Of a DNA stretch of 64,000 nucleotides, positions 1-9,676 are shown one piece after another. The notes below the pieces were generated by a model. The model made no database searches, was not told the origin of the DNA, and was given only the letters and a program-made list of their open reading frames with translations. A program made the position numbers and the translations under genes. Each line of letters starts with the position of its first letter. The first letter of the stretch is position 1. Origin of the DNA: an uncultured Candidatus Saccharibacteria bacterium (GTDB taxonomy: Bacteria > Patescibacteriota > Saccharimonadia > Saccharimonadales > JACDBH01); NCBI GenBank assembly GCA_965231105.1, contig OZ246417.1, positions 100,094 through 164,093 on the forward strand, written 5' to 3'.

Positions 1-2
1 AC

Positions 3-980
3 GGTACATTAGATGAAGCAGCGCTTCTTGATGGACTAAAGACCGGACTTGCAAAAGCAACAGGCGACCCGTATACCGAATATTTCAATGCAAAAGATGC
101 GAAGAGTTTTTATGGTGAACTAGAGGGTACCTTTGAGGGTATCGGTGCTGAACTTGGCAAGGAAGATAACAATATAATCATCATTTCACCAATTGCCGGT
201 TTCCCAGCCGAAAAAGCTGGCCTCAAACCGAAAGATATTATTGCTGAGATTGATGGTGAAAGTGCCTATGACCTCACGATTAGTGATGCGGTGAAGAAGA
301 TACGTGGGGAGAAGGGTACGGTCGTGACTCTCACGATTATTCGGGACAACGTGCCGCAAGAAGTGAAGATTACCAGGGAGCAAATAACGGTTCCAAGCGT
401 AAAACATGAGATTAAGGACGGCATCGGCATCTTAACGGTGAGCCGATTTGGGGATGATACGTCAAAATTATCCCAAGAGGCAGCCGTTGCCTTTAAAGCA
501 GCCGGCGTAAAGGGTGTAGTGCTTGATCTTCGTGGTAATCCTGGCGGTCTCTTGGATGCAGCAGTAAAGCTTTCCAGCTTGTGGCTTGATAACAAGGTTG
601 TTTTAACTGAGCGGCGTGGCAATACGATTATTGAAACCTTAAAGTCTCGAGGTACTGCCACATTACGCGGTATACCTACCGTTGTACTTATCAACGGCGG
701 TAGCGCCAGTGCCAGCGAAATTACCGCCGGTGCATTAAAAGATAATGGTGTTGCAACTCTTATTGGTGAAAAGACGTTTGGTAAGGGCAGTGTTCAGCAG
801 CCGATTGACCTTGTAGATGGAAGTCTTCTCAAGGTAACTATTGCACGCTGGTTTACTCCTAACGGCAAGAATATTGACAAGGAAGGTATTGAACCGGATA
901 AGAAAGTGGAACTTACCGAAGAAGATGCAAAAGCAAGCCGCGATCCACAGCTTGATGCTGCGCTCACTCAGCTTCAATAA
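3..980 (+). CDS. C-terminal processing peptidase, S41 family with PDZ domain (5' end cut by window edge)
   Basis: The frame is open from base 3. It shows a PDZ-like GFPAEKAGLKPKDIIAEIDG, then LDLRGNPGG, GGSASASEI (Ser) and GEKTFGKGSVQ (Lys), typical of Ctp/Prc S41 peptidases. Confidence 0.85.
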   Translation, partial: GTLDEAALLDGLKTGLAKATGDPYTEYFNAKDAKSFYGELEGTFEGIGAELGKEDNNIIIISPIAGFPAEKAGLKPKDIIAEIDGESAYDLTISDAVKKIRGEKGTVVTLTIIRDNVPQEVKITREQITVPSVKHEIKDGIGILTVSRFGDDTSKLSQEAAVAFKAAGVKGVVLDLRGNPGGLLDAAVKLSSLWLDNKVVLTERRGNTIIETLKSRGTATLRGIPTVVLINGGSASASEITAGALKDNGVATLIGEKTFGKGSVQQPIDLVDGSLLKVTIARWFTPNGKNIDKEGIEPDKKVELTEEDAKASRDPQLDAALTQLQ

Positions 981-1008
981 ATATAAACCATCAATTTGAC
1001 TTTCTCGC

Positions 1009-1335
1009 ATGAAAAAGTATTATATGAAAATGATTAAAGAAAATATTGTTCATACAACCAAAAAAGTAGCTGTCATTGCTGGTCTCGGCCTTACTGCTTA
1101 CGGATTCGCTCAGTCGGTGTACGCTCATGAAGATAAAGTAGTTGCCGAGAGCAGGGCAGAGACATACGAAGCTTCGGGTAACGAAGCTCTCGCAGGTGCC
1201 TATGCAGTAGAAGCGCTCGATAGTGCGGGTGAGCGTAATAAAAATCTTGGTTTTCTTGCTCTTGGTATCGGGGGAATGGTCGCCGTTATAGGCGCGGATA
1301 GTCTACGCAGAAATCAACCACGCCCGTCTCTCTAA
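1009..1335 (+). CDS. hypothetical small membrane protein
   Basis: 108-aa ORF with an N-terminal hydrophobic segment (VAVIAGLGLTAYGFA) and a C-terminal one (LGFLALGIGGMVAVIG). I recognise no family. Confidence 0.4.
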   Translation: MKKYYMKMIKENIVHTTKKVAVIAGLGLTAYGFAQSVYAHEDKVVAESRAETYEASGNEALAGAYAVEALDSAGERNKNLGFLALGIGGMVAVIGADSLRRNQPRPSL

Positions 1336-1439
1336 GCTCATTGATGTAAAAAAGTGGTTTATGCAGGATAAAAGTTGCAGGCATAACCGGAGTACGATAG
1401 TATCAGTATCATATAAACCGTGAGAGGGCGTATTAGGGC

Positions 1440-3047
1440 GTGGCAAAACGACCAACTAAATTTGTGTTTGTAACAGGTGGTGTGCTTTCCGGAGTAGGAA
1501 AGGGTATCACCGCCGCCTCCATCGGAAACATCTTAAAAGCCCGCGGACTCAACGTTAATCTTCAGAAATGTGATCCATACCTAAATGTGGATGCTGGCAC
1601 ATTAAATCCTCGCGAACATGGTGAATGTTTTGTTACCAAAGACGGTGCTGAAACAGATCTTGATCTCGGTCATTATGAACGTTTTCTCGATCAGGAATTA
1701 ACGCAGAGCAGCAGCCTTATGAGCGGACGCGTGCTCTTGAAGGTTATTCAGGATGAGCGTGCCGGATTATATAAAGGTGAAGATGTGCAGATTATTCCGC
1801 ACCTTACTGCTGCCATTCAAGACTACATCATAGAAGCTGGTAAGGGTTTTGATGTTCATATTGTTGAAATCGGTGGAACGGTCGGAGACTACGAGTCACT
1901 CAGTTTTATAGAAGCAATCCGTGAACTTGGGCTGCGCGTGGGGTTAGAAAACTGCCTCTACGTACATGTTGTCTATCTACCGTTTCTCGGTACCAGCAAA
2001 GAAACCAAAACCAAACCAGCTCAGAACTCTGTGCGAGAACTGCGAGGGCTTGGTATTCAGCCCGACATCCTTGTTGCTCGCAGCGAAGTAATGCCGGTTA
2101 ATGGAGTGCGTGCAAAACTGAGTCTATTTTGTGGTGTTGAACCGAATGCGATCGCTATGCTTCCCAATGCCCCAAGTATCTATGAAGTCCCTCTTACACT
2201 TGAAGATACTGATATCGCTGATGTTATTAGTGAACGATTAGATCTTAAGATCAAGAAACCAGATCTGAAGCAGTGGCGCGAAGTTGTTGAGCGGGCTAAG
2301 ACGAAGCATAAGAAATCGGTAACGGTTGGTATTATCGCTAAATATATGGACAACCAAGACACCTATATGTCTGTTTTTGAAGCGTTACGCAGTGCGGCAT
2401 GGTGGAATGATACGGGTATTAATTTGAAGTGGATTGATGCAGAAAAGTTAGAGTCCAAGCGCGCAGATATGAAGAAAGCCTTGAAGGGTATTGATGGCAT
2501 TGTAGTGCCCGGCGGGTTTGGAACTCGTGGATTAGAGGGCAAAATTAAGGCTGCTCGTTATGCGCTCAAGAATAATCTACCTTACCTTGGTTTGTGCTTA
2601 GGTCTTCAAATGGCGGTGATTGCCGCCGCTCGTAATGCTGGGCTGCAAAATGCAAGCAGCAAAGAACTTGATCCCCATGCTGATGATCTGGTGATTACTA
2701 CTATGGAAGGCCAGGAAGGGAAGGAAAACACCGGGGGCACCATGCGTCTCGGTGATTATGATTGTAAGCTCGTTAAAGGAAGCCTTGCTCGTAAGCTCTA
2801 TAAGTCTGACATGATTGTTGAGCGTCATCGCCATCGCTACGAATGTAGTAATGATTACCGGGATCAGTACGAGAAGTGGGGTATTCTTGCTTCTGGTGTA
2901 TCTCCAGACAATCATCTTGTTGAAATGATTGAAGCGATCGATCATCCATTCTTTATCGCCAGTCAATTTCATCCTGAATTCAAATCACGGCCCAATCGCC
3001 CACACCCAATGTTTGATGGTTTTATCGCTGCACTCATAAAACGCTAG
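1440..3047 (+). CDS. pyrG: CTP synthase
   Basis: GTG start. N-terminal KFVFVTGGVLSGVGKGI, a GATase domain with LGLCLGLQ and HRHRYE motifs, and full length of 535 aa. Confidence 0.95.
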   Translation: MAKRPTKFVFVTGGVLSGVGKGITAASIGNILKARGLNVNLQKCDPYLNVDAGTLNPREHGECFVTKDGAETDLDLGHYERFLDQELTQSSSLMSGRVLLKVIQDERAGLYKGEDVQIIPHLTAAIQDYIIEAGKGFDVHIVEIGGTVGDYESLSFIEAIRELGLRVGLENCLYVHVVYLPFLGTSKETKTKPAQNSVRELRGLGIQPDILVARSEVMPVNGVRAKLSLFCGVEPNAIAMLPNAPSIYEVPLTLEDTDIADVISERLDLKIKKPDLKQWREVVERAKTKHKKSVTVGIIAKYMDNQDTYMSVFEALRSAAWWNDTGINLKWIDAEKLESKRADMKKALKGIDGIVVPGGFGTRGLEGKIKAARYALKNNLPYLGLCLGLQMAVIAAARNAGLQNASSKELDPHADDLVITTMEGQEGKENTGGTMRLGDYDCKLVKGSLARKLYKSDMIVERHRHRYECSNDYRDQYEKWGILASGVSPDNHLVEMIEAIDHPFFIASQFHPEFKSRPNRPHPMFDGFIAALIKR

Positions 3048-3093
3048 ACAAACCTTCTAGGCTTGACGGAAATGGTGTGTTAGGATAAGCAAT

Positions 3094-3492
3094 ATGGATA
3101 ACAACACCCCAGCCCCACAACACCTTAAAAAAATCTTATTCGTGGAGGACGATGACGGCCTCGCACAGGTGTATCTCACGCGACTTGATGCCGAAGGCTT
3201 TCAGGTTAAGCGAGTACCAAATGGTGAAGACGCCCTTGCCGCAGCCCTCGAATTTAAGCCGGACCTTATTTTATTAGATGCCATGATGCCCCAGGTTAAT
3301 GGCTTTGATGTATTAGATATCCTTCGTAATACTCCAGAAACAACCAACGTTAAGGTTATTATGCTTACCGCCCTAAGCCAGGAAACAGATCGTCAGAAGG
3401 CTGAAAGTTTGGGTGTGGATGACTATCTCGTGAAATCGCAAGTCGTGATCGCTGATGTGATCGAAAAGATCAAGCAACACCTCGGTGCCTAA
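3094..3492 (+). CDS. standalone response-regulator receiver domain protein
   Basis: VEDDD acidic pocket, PDLILLDAMMP phospho-acceptor Asp, LTA and K motifs. There is no output domain. It is a paralog of the receiver part of 54679..55653. Confidence 0.85.
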   Translation: MDNNTPAPQHLKKILFVEDDDGLAQVYLTRLDAEGFQVKRVPNGEDALAAALEFKPDLILLDAMMPQVNGFDVLDILRNTPETTNVKVIMLTALSQETDRQKAESLGVDDYLVKSQVVIADVIEKIKQHLGA

Positions 3493-3519
3493 ATAAGTTT
3501 AAATATCCTTAAAACAAAA

Positions 3520-5190
3520 ATGTCAGAAGATACACCTCAGTTTGCACCACCCAATCCAGAAGATTTAGTAGTGCCTGGCTTTGAAATGCCGGCAGCACAA
3601 GTAGCGAGCAATTTGCTTGCAGACTCCGCGCCCGTAACCGCACCGAACGAGGCTCTATCTCATAATGTGCCTAATCCTGAAGCGGTATATACCAATCGTG
3701 GTATGGAAATTGTTCTTGATACGAATGCCGAATTTGATAAGCCCGAGGCATTTGGCATAGATTCAAAATCATTTAGTGGACCCGTATCGATTATTGGCAG
3801 ACTCAATCTTGGGAGCGACGATGATTCTCTCAGTTTTCCTATAGCTAAAACAGTCACCCCCCTTGGCTTTGAGGAGTACTGGCTTGTTCCAAAAAAAGAA
3901 GGCTACAATGACGAGGGTCGAAATGCCTGGATACCCATTGGCGATGCAAGTCGTCGGGGGCACCCTCACGGGATCGGGAGAGACAACGAGAGGAGCACTA
4001 TTGACGGCACCCGTCTCATAGGTCGAGAATTTCCCGATACCGTATCACGAGTGCATTTGGCCGTAGAATCTGTTGATTCAGGAGTAAAGTTCACCGATCT
4101 TTCTACCAACGGCAGTCTTATAGAAGGTACGGTAAAAAGTAAGAAGGTAGTTCATACTGATGAGATAACACAACAGGTCGAAGAAACCGCACGACTGGTG
4201 AACTCCTTTAAACAAAAAGCCAAAGATTTTGTAGGAAGTGCAGGCTATTCAGGAACCGATTATGTCGCACCAAGCGAGTATGGTTTTTCAGATCATACCT
4301 TGATCGATCACATAAAAGATGTGAACGAAATGGCTCAGAATAACTTTCCGCCAGAGTCACTTGAAATTATGCTTAAGTACACTTTTAGGGGCAAAGAGTT
4401 AGCCGATCTCACCCAGATAGCTCGAAGTGCAAAAGATATAATGCAGGTACAGAAAGCTCTGGCCTGGATGTACAAAGAACATCCACGAACTGCTGAAACT
4501 GTTATAGCAAGAGATATTGTGGGCGTGCACGGCACATCCTCGGCTGCCTTGGTGGGAATATTGGAGCATGGTAGCTTATTGGCAGCAGCAGAAGCAAAAC
4601 AGAGAGGCGTAGTCCATGCAACGGGTGAGCATATTTATCAGGAGCCTACTGGTCAGGATACCATAAGTTTTACAACCCTGGCCGATACCGGAAACGCACT
4701 TCATTTTGCAGGACCTATCGCCGGTAAGCATCGTAGCCGAGCTGAGGTGATAGATAGAATAGATAGGACTATTTCTGAACTCGGGAAAGAGCTGAAGGAT
4801 AAACCACATCTTGGACGGAGCTATAGAGGCGTTTTAGAAGTTATGATTAAAGAGCAGGGTCATATAAAAGCTGAAATAGAGCAGAACCCTGATGGCCTAA
4901 TGGCTCAGTTGATGAAAGATGATTTTCCGGTATTGTTTGGTATAAGCAGGGAGTCTCTTTTTGCGGGGAGTGAAAAGAAAAAGCCTAACTGGTCGCCAAT
5001 TAACGGGACATCTGGTGATTATGAAGAAGTTAGAGCTGCACGAAGTGACATACCCCTAGAAGAGATGATTATGGCTGTTCCGGCTACACGAATAGATAAA
5101 GTACGAAAATTGCTAGAGGATTATGGCAAAAAAGGTGTTACAGTGCTGCCGATAGAGGATTTTGTGCCCCAAAATTCAAAGAGAATATAG
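3520..5190 (+). CDS. FHA-domain protein with uncharacterised C-terminal domain (possible ART/PARP-like fold)
   Basis: Clear FHA signature GRDNERS...VSRVHLAV...TDLSTNGSLIEG (nt ~3970-4134). The C-terminal VHGTSSAALVGILEHGSL...GEHIYQE resembles the H..Y part of H-Y-E ADP-ribosyltransferases. Confidence 0.7.
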   Translation: MSEDTPQFAPPNPEDLVVPGFEMPAAQVASNLLADSAPVTAPNEALSHNVPNPEAVYTNRGMEIVLDTNAEFDKPEAFGIDSKSFSGPVSIIGRLNLGSDDDSLSFPIAKTVTPLGFEEYWLVPKKEGYNDEGRNAWIPIGDASRRGHPHGIGRDNERSTIDGTRLIGREFPDTVSRVHLAVESVDSGVKFTDLSTNGSLIEGTVKSKKVVHTDEITQQVEETARLVNSFKQKAKDFVGSAGYSGTDYVAPSEYGFSDHTLIDHIKDVNEMAQNNFPPESLEIMLKYTFRGKELADLTQIARSAKDIMQVQKALAWMYKEHPRTAETVIARDIVGVHGTSSAALVGILEHGSLLAAAEAKQRGVVHATGEHIYQEPTGQDTISFTTLADTGNALHFAGPIAGKHRSRAEVIDRIDRTISELGKELKDKPHLGRSYRGVLEVMIKEQGHIKAEIEQNPDGLMAQLMKDDFPVLFGISRESLFAGSEKKKPNWSPINGTSGDYEEVRAARSDIPLEEMIMAVPATRIDKVRKLLEDYGKKGVTVLPIEDFVPQNSKRI

Positions 5191-5199
5191 GTAGCTCAA

Positions 5200-5472
5200 T
5201 TACTGAACAGTAACTTCAGTACGCCACACAGTTTTGCCGGTAAAAGTCTTTACCTTGCGCTTACGGAAGGTAACAACACCATCGCGGTCCGCATGGATCG
5301 TAAAGTTTCGAGAAAGCTTCGTGCCTTCGCCGGCACGCTTTGTAAGACCAACCTGACGAACAATAACCTGGCCAGTCTTAACTTTTTCGCCACCAAATAA
5401 CTTAACACCTAAACGCTGACCTGCGTTGTTGTGAATGTTTTTGGCTGTACCACCGGCTTTAACGTGTGACAT
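5200..5472 (-). CDS. rpmA: 50S ribosomal protein L27
   Basis: MSHVKAGGTAKN...GQRLGVK...G..IVRQ.G motif pattern, 90 aa. Confidence 0.95.
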   Translation of the reverse strand: MSHVKAGGTAKNIHNNAGQRLGVKLFGGEKVKTGQVIVRQVGLTKRAGEGTKLSRNFTIHADRDGVVTFRKRKVKTFTGKTVWRTEVTVQ

Positions 5473-5481
5473 GTAACTTCC

Positions 5482-6699
5482 TTACTTCTTTTCTAATACG
5501 ACGAGCTCACGTCCAACAACCTGATCTTCACGATGATAGATGAGTGGCTGGCCTCGAGATGCTCGAAAATCTATACGAGTATAGCCTAATTCTGGCAATT
5601 TATCAAGGGTAGAAAGGTGTATAAAACCGTTTTTGCTTTTCCAGGCCGGTACAGCAAGACACATTCGACTGCCGGACCGCATTTGTGCACCAATATTTTG
5701 CAGGAATTTATTATGAAGGCGGCTTATATCATGCACAATTTGACGCATTTTTTGAGGTTCTGGTAATTGGGACAATGGTGGGCCAAGATACGTTTCGCCA
5801 GCGACAGCTTTAAACTCGCGCCACTGCATCTGTGTCGCATCCCCAATATGCACTTCAAAAATGGGGTCTTCTATGTCCCATTTGTCTGTGAGCCACTGCA
5901 AATTCTTCGTGGCATATTCGATCATGCGTGGTTCTTTATCGCTTCCGAGCGCGCTATAACCCATCAGTAGAGCCTCTTGTAAAACCACACCCGTCCCGCA
6001 GAAGGGATCAAGTATATCGAATGGTCCTTCGTACATTTCTTCAGAGGCATCAGTAGTCTTATTTTTAGAAGAGGCGGTTTTGGCGGTAGCAAGATTAATA
6101 ATAATCTGCGCCAACTTTGGCGGTAGCATACCAACTTTTGCATCGCGCATTGGTCGCTTCTGATCGCGAGCGGCATAGGCATCGATGTCTTGTTCGGCTA
6201 CCGTTTGCGCAAGCAATGTTTTTGTACCGTTTTTAACAAGTAGTAACTCCCAGCCAGTAGGACCGGTGAGCTGATTATGCAGCACCTGGGCGCTGTTAAG
6301 GGCAGGAGATTTATTGGGTACCACCCGAACTGAGCGTCCTGCGGCTTTAATAACTTTCTTAAGTCGTAAGCCTGTCTCATTAATCTGCTGGGGACGAATT
6401 TTAAGGCCGTACACACTGAGGCCTAATTTAAACTTTCCTTCAGGCACATACTGAAGATGCTCAGGGATAGTATCGCTCAGGTAACGTTCAATGAGACGCC
6501 AGTCGCTAGAGGGTAACTCCATCAAAACTTTGGCGAGCTTAATACTGCCGCCGAGTCTCGTAAAATTCACATCTTTCGGGTCAACATCCAGAAGAGCAGT
6601 ATTAAAACTCAGCTGGCGCACAACAGAGGCACCGTACAAGCTTTCTAGTTCCGCCAGGCCAAGATCTGGCTGACGGCCCAAAATAAGCAAACTCTTCAT
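5482..6699 (-). CDS. putative SAM-dependent RNA/DNA methyltransferase (UPF0020/Trm11-like)
   Basis: SAM motif I ILDPFCGTGVVLQEALLMGY. The N-terminal domain is of THUMP-like size. The motif IV candidate is only a degenerate YLGPPL. Confidence 0.55.
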   Translation of the reverse strand: MKSLLILGRQPDLGLAELESLYGASVVRQLSFNTALLDVDPKDVNFTRLGGSIKLAKVLMELPSSDWRLIERYLSDTIPEHLQYVPEGKFKLGLSVYGLKIRPQQINETGLRLKKVIKAAGRSVRVVPNKSPALNSAQVLHNQLTGPTGWELLLVKNGTKTLLAQTVAEQDIDAYAARDQKRPMRDAKVGMLPPKLAQIIINLATAKTASSKNKTTDASEEMYEGPFDILDPFCGTGVVLQEALLMGYSALGSDKEPRMIEYATKNLQWLTDKWDIEDPIFEVHIGDATQMQWREFKAVAGETYLGPPLSQLPEPQKMRQIVHDISRLHNKFLQNIGAQMRSGSRMCLAVPAWKSKNGFIHLSTLDKLPELGYTRIDFRASRGQPLIYHREDQVVGRELVVLEKK

Positions 6700-6758
6700 A
6701 TTGCTTAAGTATAGCCGACATTAGACAATGTTAGGGTATAATTTTGTTCTAGTAGTAT

Positions 6759-7838
6759 ATGGTTTCAAGACTCAAAAAAGACTTCAAATTCTGGCTTAAC
6801 ATTCTCACAATAGGGGCCTTATTAGTTTTGGTGATTATTACACGTCACCAGATTGTTGAGGCATTTAAAAAACTTGGTGATCTCAACGCTTCGGCGCTGC
6901 TACTTATGATTCCGCTGCAAGCGCTAAGTTATTATGGTGTTGCGCGCCTCTATAAGGATTACTTCAGAAACCAGGGTGAAGAGATTTCCTTAAAGACGAT
7001 GTACTCGATTGCACTCGAATTAAACTTTGTAAATCATGTTTTTCCCAGTGGTGGTGTGAGCGGTTTTAGTTATCTAAGCCTTCGTTTGAAGCAGCAGGGA
7101 ATTAGTACGGCGAAAAGCACACTGGCGCAGATCCTGCGCTTTGGCCTCACCTTTATTTCATTTATCGGGCTGCTTTTCTTAGGTATGCTATTTTTGGCAT
7201 TGCAGCGGCATACAAGCCCCTTAACGATTCTTGTGGCCTCGAGTATCACCTTTATGACCTTCTTTGGGGTGATTATTGCGGTATATATCATTAGTGACTT
7301 AAAGCGCATTAATGGTTTTGTGAGCTTCCTGCCAAAGGCAGTTAACAGGGTTGTTGGAGTATTTCGGCAGCATAATAAAGGAATTATTAATATTGAGAAG
7401 ATTGAGCATACCATGACTGATCTTCATAATGACTACGTCTTACTTGCTAAAGACTGGAAGCAGCTTAAAATGCCGCTTATTTGGTCTTTGGTAATTAATG
7501 TAGCCGAGGTATTAACTATCTATACCGTTTATATGGCATTTGGCTCGCTGATTAACCCAGGCGCGCTTATTCTTGCCTATGCCGTTGCTAACTTTGCAGG
7601 TCTTATTGCGGTGCTCCCGGGTGGGGTAGGCGTTTACGAAGGTCTCATGACCGCCACGCTGGCCAGTGCCGGTGTAGACAAGGCACTCGCACTCTCTGCA
7701 ACCGTCGTGTACCGTGTTCTTAGTATGGTTGTATTTTTACCGATCGGATACGTTCTTTATCAGCGAGTCATTAAGCGGGTAGGCAGACCAGTACAAAAGG
7801 AGTCCGATGGACCCGTTCCCCCTGTTGTCCCCAGCTGA
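6759..7838 (+). CDS. UPF0104 / lysyl-PG-synthase-TM-region-like (flippase-like) integral membrane protein
   Basis: Multiple predicted TM helices and the family-like motif VLPGGVGVYEG near the C terminus. Confidence 0.55.
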   Translation: MVSRLKKDFKFWLNILTIGALLVLVIITRHQIVEAFKKLGDLNASALLLMIPLQALSYYGVARLYKDYFRNQGEEISLKTMYSIALELNFVNHVFPSGGVSGFSYLSLRLKQQGISTAKSTLAQILRFGLTFISFIGLLFLGMLFLALQRHTSPLTILVASSITFMTFFGVIIAVYIISDLKRINGFVSFLPKAVNRVVGVFRQHNKGIINIEKIEHTMTDLHNDYVLLAKDWKQLKMPLIWSLVINVAEVLTIYTVYMAFGSLINPGALILAYAVANFAGLIAVLPGGVGVYEGLMTATLASAGVDKALALSATVVYRVLSMVVFLPIGYVLYQRVIKRVGRPVQKESDGPVPPVVPS

Positions 7839-8913
7839 GTTTATTGCGCTCGTTAATGCCACCCTCGAGTATGCCTATCCTCGGGTGGTGATTGAAGGTG
7901 AGTTAAGTAACTTCCGGGTGAGTAAGAACCGCTGGGTATATTTTGACCTGAAAGATGATGAAGCGAGTGTGCGCTTTTTTGGTACGGTATACAATCTTCC
8001 TGGTCCGCTTGAAGATGGCATGCTACTTAAGGTGAGTGGAACACCTCGACTTCATCCATTGTACGGCTTCAGCGTTACGATTCAGTCTATTGCGTTGAGC
8101 GGTGAAGGCACAATTAAGAAGGCTTTCGCATTACTGCAGGCCAAGCTCGAAAAGGAAGGCCTCTTTGATGGTATGCGCAAGCGGTCCTTGCCATATCCGC
8201 CGACGCGCATCGGTCTTATTACCTCATCCGAATCAGCTGCTTATGCAGATTTTATTAAAATCCTCAATGCTCGCTGGGGTGGTCTTTCTATTGAGCTTGC
8301 GAATGTACAAGTTCAAGGAGATGCAGCACCGGCTCAAATTGTGCGAGCTATAGAGTTCTTCAACATGGCCGGTAAACCGCCAGAGGTTCTGGTGGTGATT
8401 CGCGGTGGTGGCAGTGCTGATGACCTGCAGGCGTTCAATACTGAAAGCGTAACAAGGGCCGTAGCGGCAAGCCGTATCCCTACACTCGTTGCTATTGGCC
8501 ATGAAGTGGACTTAAGCCTGGCTGAACTTGCCGCTGATGTTCGAGCAAGTACGCCAAGCAATGCCGCTGAGTTGCTGGTGCCGGATAAGACAACTGTACT
8601 TGCTGAACTTTCAAGCTACCAAGCGGAAGTAGGGAGGCTTTTAAGCCAGATAGTGCGCATGAACCAACAAGAGCTTACGGAGCAGACAGAAAGCCTTACG
8701 AGCACTGTTCAAAACCTTCTCAAAGAACGCATGAACTGGCTTGCCCAGACCAGCCAGATACTTGAACTCATTAATCCTCGACATATATTAAGTCGAGGAT
8801 ACGCAGTTGTTCGACAAGAGGGTAAGGTAGTGCGTTCAACAAAACAAGTACATTCTGGGAAGTCTTTAGACATCACAATTGCCGATGGAAGCTTCCAGGT
8901 TAAGGTACAATAA
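7807..8913 (+). CDS. xseA: exodeoxyribonuclease VII large subunit
   Basis: OB-fold N terminus (VVIEGELSNFRVSKNRWVYFDLKD), core motifs VVIRGGGSADDL and GHEVD, and a AAGGAG RBS at 7797. It overlaps the upstream gene by 32 nt. Confidence 0.85.
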   Translation: MDPFPLLSPAEFIALVNATLEYAYPRVVIEGELSNFRVSKNRWVYFDLKDDEASVRFFGTVYNLPGPLEDGMLLKVSGTPRLHPLYGFSVTIQSIALSGEGTIKKAFALLQAKLEKEGLFDGMRKRSLPYPPTRIGLITSSESAAYADFIKILNARWGGLSIELANVQVQGDAAPAQIVRAIEFFNMAGKPPEVLVVIRGGGSADDLQAFNTESVTRAVAASRIPTLVAIGHEVDLSLAELAADVRASTPSNAAELLVPDKTTVLAELSSYQAEVGRLLSQIVRMNQQELTEQTESLTSTVQNLLKERMNWLAQTSQILELINPRHILSRGYAVVRQEGKVVRSTKQVHSGKSLDITIADGSFQVKVQ

Positions 8914-8917
8914 CTCT

Positions 8918-9118
8918 ATGGCAAAACCGGAAAAATCATACAGAGAACTTAAAGAAGAACTCGATACGGTGCTTGAGACGCTTCAGCGCGATGACATTGA
9001 TGTGGATGATGCCCTGAAAGCGTATGAACAGGGCATGAGCCTGGTTAAAGAACTTGAATCACAATTAAAGTCAGCCGAGAATAAAGTAACGAAACTTAAA
9101 GCTAAATTTGACGCGTAG
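8918..9118 (+). CDS. xseB: exodeoxyribonuclease VII small subunit
   Basis: Helical ~66-aa protein (YRELKEELDTVLETLQRDDIDVDDALKAYEQGMSLVKELESQL) directly after xseA. I chose the ATG at 8918 rather than the longer track ORF from 8879. Confidence 0.8.
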   Translation: MAKPEKSYRELKEELDTVLETLQRDDIDVDDALKAYEQGMSLVKELESQLKSAENKVTKLKAKFDA

Positions 9119-9142
9119 AGCCGCTCAGGTACTATTAAGCCG

Positions 9143-9631
9143 ATGAACATTCTTATTCTCATTGGGATTATTCTTGTTTTTGTCTTTGGTGTGGTGGTGG
9201 TATTTGGCGCACCTTACCTTCCAACTCTCAAGGGGCAAACTGACATTGCATTAGACCTTCTTAATTTAAAACCTGGTCAAACTCTCTTAGAACTCGGCAG
9301 TGGGGATGGCAGGGTTCTTAGGGCTGCAGCAAAACGCGGCATTAAGGGCATTGGTTACGAACTTAATCCTCTGCTTGTATGGTATAGCCGGCTGGCGAAT
9401 ATACGTTACCGCAAACTTATTACCTTCAAGTGCCGCAATTATTGGCAGGTAGCCTTACCACCAGCAGATGGTATCTACGTGTTTTTACTTAATCGTTATA
9501 TGACCAAATTGGATAAAAAAATTACTCAAGAAAAACATGGTCCTGTCAAGCTTGTGAGCTACGCTTTTAAAGTGCCAGGCAAGAAGCCCGCCAAAGAGCA
9601 GGGAGGGCTGATGCTGTATGAATATAAGTAG
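9143..9631 (+). CDS. class I SAM-dependent methyltransferase with N-terminal TM helix
   Basis: Motif I LLELGSGDGRVL, followed by an acidic GYELN. Confidence 0.55.
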   Translation: MNILILIGIILVFVFGVVVVFGAPYLPTLKGQTDIALDLLNLKPGQTLLELGSGDGRVLRAAAKRGIKGIGYELNPLLVWYSRLANIRYRKLITFKCRNYWQVALPPADGIYVFLLNRYMTKLDKKITQEKHGPVKLVSYAFKVPGKKPAKEQGGLMLYEYK

Positions 9632-9676
9632 CCCTATACCTTCCACCCGCCTCATATGCTACTATAGTGCTTAAGT

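Noticed and set aside
266-694. 142-aa minus-strand ORF, and similar antisense ORFs inside pyrG, the RHS gene, topA, der, gltX and others.
   Set aside because: Each lies entirely within a strongly supported conserved gene on the other strand or frame, and none has a recognisable family. They are typical shadow ORFs.
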